Assembly (NCBI GenBank): GCA_964612055.1
Contig: CAZTBI010000002.1
Location: forward strand, 163,529-227,528
Direction: 5' to 3'
From: an uncultured Bdellovibrionales bacterium
GTDB lineage: Bacteria; Patescibacteriota; Minisyncoccia; Moranbacterales; UBA1568
DNA: 64,000 bases
Part shown: piece after piece, positions 58,046-64,000 of the stretch
How positions within the stretch are numbered: the first letter of the stretch is position 1
Layout of the letters: every line of letters starts with the position of its first letter
The notes under the pieces: generated by a model
Database searches by the model: none
What the model was told of the DNA's origin: nothing
Seen by the model: only the letters and a program-made list of their open reading frames with translations
Made by a program: the position numbers and the translations under genes

Positions 58046-58165
58046 CTCTAGTACGTTCTTAAGTAAATTTTCCTCAAGGCACTTCGATTTTCGGGGTGTG
58101 GAGGGGAACCAAACTGATAAAATACTGTTCCGGAGGGTCTGGTATGTCCTTGGAGGCTGCAAGAT

Positions 58166-58996
58166 GTGAACAGGTACTTTATGGGTGATTCTGTCAGGCG
58201 AGGTAGTTTGTATGGAGGGCTATCACAACTGAAGCAATTCTTCAAAAAATATCCTTTTTTCTTTAAAAAAGGTTTTTCTGGTTTCGCTGTCCTCTTCTTT
58301 GGCTTGGCCGGAGCGGGGACTTTTCCCTCTCTTCCAGAAATAGATACCAAGGATTTAGCGGTTTCTGAAGAGAAGATACCAGTTGCGGAGGGAGCGTCTT
58401 CTGTAGCATACGAAAGAGAGCTTTGCCTCTGGCAGCGGGACTTTTCCTTTTTTAGCGACTTAGAACTTGAGAAAAGAGCTTCTCAAGAAGCAACTCCTTG
58501 TCCGGAAGTAAAGGAGAAGGCGGCGGTGGTAGTTGCGGTGGATGAAAATAAAGGTCCTTCTGAGAAAGAAGAGGGGCTGGGTCGAGAAATTCGCGAACTC
58601 GCCGCTGGCTATCCGCTCGAAGTGATGGCACCTGCCATCGCGGAGTATGATCGGGATGTCGCCGCTCTTATTGTCGGTATCGCTAAGAAAGAGAGTAATT
58701 GGGGCAAACGTGTCCCGGTAGATGCTGCAGGGAAAGATTGCTTCAATTATTGGGGATTCAAAGGAGCGGGAACTCGTGGTGTTGCTATGGGTCATGGCTG
58801 TTTTGGAAGTCCAGAAGAAGCGGTGCATGCTGTAGGAAATCGCATTGCTCAGTTGGTGGATATCAAAAAAACCAGTGAGCCGAAAAATATGATTATCTGG
58901 AAGTGCGGATCAAGCTGTGCGACTCATAGTCCGGAAAGTGTGCGCAAGTGGATTTCCGATGTTGATATCTATTATCGCAAGATCGCGCAGAAGTAA
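58166..58996 (+). CDS. Membrane-anchored lysozyme-like protein (paralogue 3)
   Basis: IAKKESNWGKRVP..DCFNYWGFKG..WKCGSSC; start uncertain (58166 or 58181). Confidence 0.6.
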   Translation: MNRYFMGDSVRRGSLYGGLSQLKQFFKKYPFFFKKGFSGFAVLFFGLAGAGTFPSLPEIDTKDLAVSEEKIPVAEGASSVAYERELCLWQRDFSFFSDLELEKRASQEATPCPEVKEKAAVVVAVDENKGPSEKEEGLGREIRELAAGYPLEVMAPAIAEYDRDVAALIVGIAKKESNWGKRVPVDAAGKDCFNYWGFKGAGTRGVAMGHGCFGSPEEAVHAVGNRIAQLVDIKKTSEPKNMIIWKCGSSCATHSPESVRKWISDVDIYYRKIAQK

Positions 58997-59068
58997 CCAA
59001 AACCTCCCTCTCGGAGGTTTTGTCTTTTCCGGGTATAATAAAGACAACAAAAACATAAAGGTTTCTCT

Positions 59069-60007
59069 ATGACTTCGGCGCTTGTGGCACTCCTCGGATA
59101 TTTTTTTGGTGCTGTCTCATCTGTTTTCGACAAATATCTCCTTTCCGATCGTATACCGACTCCGGCCGTGTATGCGTTTTTTGTTTCCATGTTCAGTTTG
59201 TTTGCACTTGGATTCATACCATTTGGTGCTCAGTTTGCGGATGCACGAACGACGAGTATGCTTCTTTTTTCCGGAGTGTTAGGGACCTTTGCACTCGTTG
59301 CCTTTTACGCGGCCGTGAAGCAGCACGAGGTTTCTCGAGTAGCACCGCTTGTAGGAACAACGGTCTCACTCGTGGCTTTTCTAGCAGTTTTTTTTCCGGG
59401 AGTGGCTGGGGGTGACTCTTTTGAAATGTGGTACATCTTGGCGGTGGTACTACTCATCATCGGAGGATTGCTTATCTCATTTGATTTGCCACTGCGCCGC
59501 GGAGAACATGTTTCGCGGTATATATTTCTCGCTGGAATACTTATGGGTATATCGCTTCTGTTTCTTAAGGAGGGATACGCCCATACAAATTTTCAGAGTG
59601 GTCTGGTCTGGTCTCGGCTCGGTATGACGCTCGGAGGACTGCTTCTTTTATTGGTGCCACAGTTTCGTCGGCAGATTATGGCGCAGTTTCATGGCTTCTC
59701 GAATCGTTCATCGAGAGCAACGAGTACCGGAGCGTTATTCGTATTGAACAAGGTGAGTGCAGGAGTCGCCTCCTTTCTTGTTTCCTATGCTATATATCTC
59801 GGATCAGTTTCTTTCGTGCAAGCGCTCTCTGGTATGCAGTATGTGTTTCTTCTTCTCATGATGATCCCGCTCTCTTTCCGCTACCCAAGCATTTTTGGTG
59901 AGAAGTTGTATTTTTGGGACTGGGCCCAAAAGGCAATTGCGGTGGCTATTATTGGTCTGGGTTTGTGGCTGGCAACACTCAGTGGCGTTCCTTTATTATC
60001 AGTCTAA
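59069..60007 (+). CDS. DMT/EamA-family transporter
   Basis: About 10 TM; DKYLL, EVSRVAP. Confidence 0.8.
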   Translation: MTSALVALLGYFFGAVSSVFDKYLLSDRIPTPAVYAFFVSMFSLFALGFIPFGAQFADARTTSMLLFSGVLGTFALVAFYAAVKQHEVSRVAPLVGTTVSLVAFLAVFFPGVAGGDSFEMWYILAVVLLIIGGLLISFDLPLRRGEHVSRYIFLAGILMGISLLFLKEGYAHTNFQSGLVWSRLGMTLGGLLLLLVPQFRRQIMAQFHGFSNRSSRATSTGALFVLNKVSAGVASFLVSYAIYLGSVSFVQALSGMQYVFLLLMMIPLSFRYPSIFGEKLYFWDWAQKAIAVAIIGLGLWLATLSGVPLLSV

Positions 60008-60014
60008 TGTTTTT

Positions 60015-61028
60015 ATGAAAAAACTTTTCAAAATTATAGCAACTATCTTTCTTATTATGATAGCTGCAGCACTGCTTCTATTCGGATACTTTAATCTGCC
60101 AGCTCCGGCACCACGCGAAGATGTGAGTCTCGGGATGACATTTTCTTCTCGTTACGCGGAGGGATTGGGACTGAACGCCCGAGAAACGTACTTAGCACTG
60201 CTCGACGAGGTGGGTGTGAAAAAGATGCGTCTTCCGGTGTACTGGGATTTAGTGGAGTCAAAGAAAGACACCTACGATTTTTCGGAAGTGGACTGGCAGC
60301 TCGCCGAAGCTGAGAAACGTAATGTTGATGTCATTCTCACCGTCGGACTGAAGGTACCGCGTTGGCCAGAGTGCCATATTCCCGAATGGGCCAAGGAGAG
60401 TGATGATGTCCGTAAGCAGGGAGTGCTTCATTTTATTGAAAAAACGATTGAGCGGTATAAAGGAAATGAAGCCATTGTGAAGTGGCAGATTGAAAATGAA
60501 CCTTTCTTGTCTTTCGGTATCTGCCCACCCTTTGAAGTGGCATTTCTGGAACAGGAAGTAGCCTTGGCCAAGCGTCTTGATCCATCACGACCGATACTGC
60601 TTACCGATAGCGGAGAGCTTTCAACCTGGTACGGGGCAGCTAAGCGTGGCGATGAGTTCGGTACGACGCTGTATCGCGATATCTATAGCCCCAAAGCAGG
60701 AGGCTATTTCGAGTATCCGATTGGTCCTAACTTTTTCCGTTTTAAAGAGAAAGTCATGCGACTTCTGACTGATCAAGAGCACTTTTCTGTTATCGAGCTT
60801 CAAGCAGAACCCTGGGCGAGCGGCTGGATAGCGAACATCGCGCTTGAAGAACAGTTCAGAACGATGAATGAGACAAGGTTGCGGGACAATGTCGACTATG
60901 CCCGCCAGGTGGGATTTCATGATATCTATCTCTGGGGCGGCGAGTGGTGGTATTGGATGAAGGTAACAAAGAATTATCCAGCTGTTTGGGAAGAGGGAAA
61001 GAGACTGTTTCAACAATATGGAAAATAA
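60015..61028 (+). CDS. Membrane-anchored clan GH-A glycoside hydrolase (GH5/GH42-like)
   Basis: RLPVYW...E, WQIENEP acid/base, IELQAEPW nucleophile, LWG.EWW. Confidence 0.8.
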   Translation: MKKLFKIIATIFLIMIAAALLLFGYFNLPAPAPREDVSLGMTFSSRYAEGLGLNARETYLALLDEVGVKKMRLPVYWDLVESKKDTYDFSEVDWQLAEAEKRNVDVILTVGLKVPRWPECHIPEWAKESDDVRKQGVLHFIEKTIERYKGNEAIVKWQIENEPFLSFGICPPFEVAFLEQEVALAKRLDPSRPILLTDSGELSTWYGAAKRGDEFGTTLYRDIYSPKAGGYFEYPIGPNFFRFKEKVMRLLTDQEHFSVIELQAEPWASGWIANIALEEQFRTMNETRLRDNVDYARQVGFHDIYLWGGEWWYWMKVTKNYPAVWEEGKRLFQQYGK

Positions 61029-61533
61029 GAAGCGTTCGAAATTGATCCTCGTAATTCACAATATTCGGAGTGCTCACAATGTCGGTGCCTTGTTTCGGAC
61101 CGCTGATGGAGCAGGGGCGGATGAAATTATCCTTTCTGGCTACACGCCGCTTCCGCCAAAAAAGGATGCCCTGTATCTGACTGATGCCGACAAGGCACTC
61201 AAGAAGACGGCGCTGGGCGCTGAAGAGTCTGTTCCTTGGAGGAAAGCTTCTTCTCTCACGAAGATTCTCACTGATTTGAAAAAGACGGGATACAAGATAG
61301 TGGCCCTAGAACAAGATGAGCGTAGTGTTGATTATCGAAAGTATACACCCGGGAAGAAAGTAGCCCTCTTGGTTGGAAACGAAGTTTCGGGGGTGGACAA
61401 AAGAATTTTGAAGCAGTGCTATGCTATCATAGAACTTCCGATGCGTGGAAAAAAGAATTCACTCAATGTTTCTGTGGCTGCGGGCATTGCTCTCTATCAA
61501 ATAACCAGTACAATGGAAAAGGAGTCTGTATAG
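61018..61533 (+). CDS. TrmH/SpoU-family RNA methyltransferase
   Basis: NIRSAHNVGA, GNEVSG, PMRG.K.SLNVSVA. Confidence 0.92.
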   Translation: MENKKRSKLILVIHNIRSAHNVGALFRTADGAGADEIILSGYTPLPPKKDALYLTDADKALKKTALGAEESVPWRKASSLTKILTDLKKTGYKIVALEQDERSVDYRKYTPGKKVALLVGNEVSGVDKRILKQCYAIIELPMRGKKNSLNVSVAAGIALYQITSTMEKESV

Positions 61534-61544
61534 ATAATGTCCGT

Positions 61545-62279
61545 ATGTCTGCGAAAAAGAAAACAAAAATAGCGATCTTTGATATCGATGGAACGATTTT
61601 TCGCAAGAATCTCCATTTCGAGCTGATCAACCAGCTCACCTGGATGAAAGTTTTTCCTCATGAAGCACGCAATCAACTGACCAATATTTATACGGGTTGG
61701 TTGGAACATGAAGGTACCTACGAAGACTATCGCAAAGCTTTGGTCACTTTGTATGCTGAGCATATCCGAGGTTGCTCCAAAGAAGATGTGATCAAGGCGA
61801 GTAAGATGCTGGTACCGTTTCATGCCAAGCGGACCTATATCTATGCGGAACGGCTGATCAAAAAACTGCGGGCTGAAAATTATCACCTGGTAGTGATCTC
61901 AGGATCACCCATCGAGGTGGTAGAAGAGTACAATCGTCAGTACCTCAATTTCGACAGTGCCTTCGGAAGTGTCTATACTGTAGATGAAAAGGGGAAATAC
62001 ACTGGAGAAGCCTCTTTCGAGCCTTCAAGGAACAAGGGAAGCTTAGTAGAGCAGTACCTGTACGAGCACAAACTTTCTCTTAAAGACTCGTACGGGATTG
62101 GAGATACCGAATCTGACATGGGCTTTCTCAAACTCGTCGAGCACCCTATCGCCTTCAATCCGAATCAGAATCTCAAATTAGCCGCTGAAGAAAATGGCTG
62201 GAAGATAGTAGTAGAAAAGAAGGACGTCGTCTACGAAATAAGTGATCATTGTGCCCATCCATTACAAAAAGATCTATGA
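61545..62279 (+). CDS. HAD-superfamily phosphatase (SerB-like, IB)
   Basis: FDIDGT, ISGS, K, GDTESD, NP. Confidence 0.9.
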   Translation: MSAKKKTKIAIFDIDGTIFRKNLHFELINQLTWMKVFPHEARNQLTNIYTGWLEHEGTYEDYRKALVTLYAEHIRGCSKEDVIKASKMLVPFHAKRTYIYAERLIKKLRAENYHLVVISGSPIEVVEEYNRQYLNFDSAFGSVYTVDEKGKYTGEASFEPSRNKGSLVEQYLYEHKLSLKDSYGIGDTESDMGFLKLVEHPIAFNPNQNLKLAAEENGWKIVVEKKDVVYEISDHCAHPLQKDL

Positions 62280-62392
62280 ACATCAATTCCTCTATCGATG
62301 ACTTTTTAAAGAAAACATCCTGGCTGTGGCTGCCGTTTTATGCGCTTTTTCATTTGATTCAGGAATTTGGAGAACGAAAAAAGCACGAATAG
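62276..62392 (+). CDS. Putative 38-aa small protein, absent from the ORF track
   Basis: MNINSSIDDFLKKTSWLWLPFYALFHLIQEFGERKKHE*; ATGA overlap with the upstream gene and 1-nt gap to the next ATG. Confidence 0.6.
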   Translation: MNINSSIDDFLKKTSWLWLPFYALFHLIQEFGERKKHE

Positions 62393-62393
62393 T

Positions 62394-62804
62394 ATGTTTT
62401 CTCGATCTACCGTTTTTTCTTCTCGAACCATGACCTTTTCTCTGCTCCTTCTCTGGATGGCAGTGATTTTTTCTTTTTCAATGCTCTCTGGAAAAGCCAC
62501 GGTTGGCGCGCCGCCCCTCTGGTATTTCGTGGAGCGTAAGGGGGCGCATGTGGTAGAATATGCCGTCCTCATGTTTCTCTCTTTCCGTTATTTCCGACTC
62601 TGTTTTTCACAAGAGTCTTTCCGGAGGGTGATTGCTCTGGCCGCAGCGTTTTCTCTTATGTATGCGGCTACCGATGAACTGCATCAGTTTTTCGTACCTT
62701 TTCGTGGCGCCAAGATGACAGACGTTGGTATTGATGGCTTGGGCATTTTTCTTGTAACCGTACTTCTTTTCTTTTGGCACAAAAACAAAAATCGCTCCCA
62801 GTAA
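62394..62804 (+). CDS. VanZ-family membrane protein
   Basis: RKGAH..EY, YA..DE.HQ.FVP.R....D...D. Confidence 0.9.
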   Translation: MFSRSTVFSSRTMTFSLLLLWMAVIFSFSMLSGKATVGAPPLWYFVERKGAHVVEYAVLMFLSFRYFRLCFSQESFRRVIALAAAFSLMYAATDELHQFFVPFRGAKMTDVGIDGLGIFLVTVLLFFWHKNKNRSQ

Positions 62805-62831
62805 GAGAGCGATTTCGGTACGAAGTTTTCT

Positions 62832-63176
62832 TTAGCGCACTTTTTCGACAAAAGTCTTGAAAGTTTCTGGATTCTCAGCGGCCATCTGAGAGAGAACTTT
62901 GCGATCAAGGGCAATGTTTTTGCTTCCCTCGAGAGCAATGAAATCTCGGTACTTGATGCCGTAGAGGCGAAGCGCAGTGTTCAAGCGAGTGATCCAGAGG
63001 CTCCGGAAAGAGCGTTTCTTGGCGCGGCGGTCGCGGTGAGCGTACTTGCCAGCTTTGATCACGGCTTCCTTGGCTTTGGTAAACAAATTTTTACGTCCCC
63101 AGCGGTAGCCTTTGGCAGCTTCCAGGACATTCTTGTGACGTTTCTTGGTCATGACGCCACGCTTTACTCTCGTCAT
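62832..63176 (-). CDS. rplT: 50S ribosomal protein L20
   Basis: MTRVKRG, AKGY, RDRR..KR.FR.LWI.R.N. Confidence 0.98.
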   Translation of the reverse strand: MTRVKRGVMTKKRHKNVLEAAKGYRWGRKNLFTKAKEAVIKAGKYAHRDRRAKKRSFRSLWITRLNTALRLYGIKYRDFIALEGSKNIALDRKVLSQMAAENPETFKTFVEKVR

Positions 63177-63212
63177 ACAATTCTCTTAAAAATGGGATTA
63201 CGTGCTTGATGA

Positions 63213-63416
63213 TTACTTCTTTCCGTACGGGAGGGCTCGTTTGATGTTTTGTTCTTCGGTCTTGAAAATACTCTGATCTTTCCGTTTTGATCGGGTCTCG
63301 TCACCGGTATTACGAGAGTTGTAGTGATTTTGTCCGGAAGCACGGCGCTTGAGTTTTCCAGTGCCAGTCACTTTGACTTTCTTGGAAACTGATTTTCGGG
63401 TCTTGAGCTTAGGCAT
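63213..63416 (-). CDS. rpmI: 50S ribosomal protein L35
   Basis: MPKLKT, K.TGTGK, LPY. Confidence 0.96.
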   Translation of the reverse strand: MPKLKTRKSVSKKVKVTGTGKLKRRASGQNHYNSRNTGDETRSKRKDQSIFKTEEQNIKRALPYGKK

Positions 63417-63441
63417 AGCATTATGAGCTTACGATTCATTA

Positions 63442-63990
63442 TTATTCTGGAACGATGAGAGCGTTGAATCCCATAGGTCCGCGTTTCATTTCTTCCTCGA
63501 AACGATGGGGGATGGCGATACTCTTGATGAAGGCAGTCAGATTCTCTCTCGCCTTTTCTTGCATAGCCTTTTCGCGACCACGGAGTACAATCTCGAGACG
63601 CACCTTGTTTCCTTTGCTCAAGAATTTCTCGGCCTGAGTCTTCTTGAAAAGGAGGTCGTGAGTGTCGGTCCGAAAACCGATACGGATACCTTTGGTCTCA
63701 ACCTTTTTTTGCTTCGCCTTTTGCTGCTGTTCCTGCTTGGCAGCCTTGTATTGAAGCTTGCCGTAGTCAGTGATTTTGCAAACAGGAGGCTTGGCCAAAG
63801 GAGAGACTTCTACCAAATCCGCCTCTTGCTCTTGGGCAAGTGCAATGGCAGCAGCAGTATCCATGACACCGCGATTCTCCCCATTTAAGTCAATGACCAT
63901 TACTTGAGGAACGAGAATCTTCTCGTTAATGCGCGAGTGCTCCTTGACCTGCACTTTTGGTTTCGGTCGATTGTGGCGTCTTCGTCTCAT
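63442..63990 (-). CDS. infC: Translation initiation factor IF-3
   Basis: RINE.I, DLVEVSP.A.PPVCKI.DYGK, FL.KG.KV, RGRE; infC-rpmI-rplT order. Confidence 0.96.
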   Translation of the reverse strand: MRRRRHNRPKPKVQVKEHSRINEKILVPQVMVIDLNGENRGVMDTAAAIALAQEQEADLVEVSPLAKPPVCKITDYGKLQYKAAKQEQQQKAKQKKVETKGIRIGFRTDTHDLLFKKTQAEKFLSKGNKVRLEIVLRGREKAMQEKARENLTAFIKSIAIPHRFEEEMKRGPMGFNALIVPE

Positions 63991-64000
63991 TTTTCAACTG

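Noticed and set aside
63442-63990. Non-canonical infC start codon
   Set aside because: An in-frame ATG is at 63990 and upstream context is cut by the window edge, so the true start cannot be judged
1-64000. Prophage, IS elements, tRNA/rRNA genes, alternative genetic code
   Set aside because: No phage, transposase or recombinase motifs, tRNA cloverleaves or rRNA signatures recognised; TGA serves as a normal stop in conserved genes (e.g. dipZ-like, mnmA, dus)

Overview
64 kb of a bacterial chromosome read in genetic code 11. Gene content and style point to a Patescibacteria/CPR (Parcubacteria, Moranbacteria-like) genome, by inference: tightly packed genes, mostly Shine-Dalgarno-less core genes, a large LamG-repeat surface protein and DipZ/DsbA. 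Recognisable blocks are a CsoR-controlled copper operon (1.5-6.6 kb); an AT-rich polysaccharide island (HasA/NodC-like GT2, GT-C, CE4 deacetylase) followed by a second GT2 synthase paired with a GH18 chitinase (8.7-18.2 kb); RND and MacB-type transporters; a P1B-5 ATPase; xseAB; 2-oxoacid:ferredoxin oxidoreductase; a full Rrf2-SUF operon; dus/mnmA/mutY/lgt; and infC-rpmI-rplT. No rRNA, tRNA, CRISPR array, integrase or transposase was recognised. The most unusual signal is a set of self-contained, mostly GC-rich orphan gene units (promoter, 5' hairpin, SD, gene, terminator) that sit at 3' ends of other genes. Several are bounded by direct repeats (58 bp exact, ~90 bp near-exact, and a 3-copy ~31-57 bp motif), suggesting cassette-like gene capture with no integrase in the window. 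Also notable are a shared terminator-like 5' leader motif at two loci, two long intergenic hairpins, three paralogous lysozyme-like proteins and several unannotated small ORFs.
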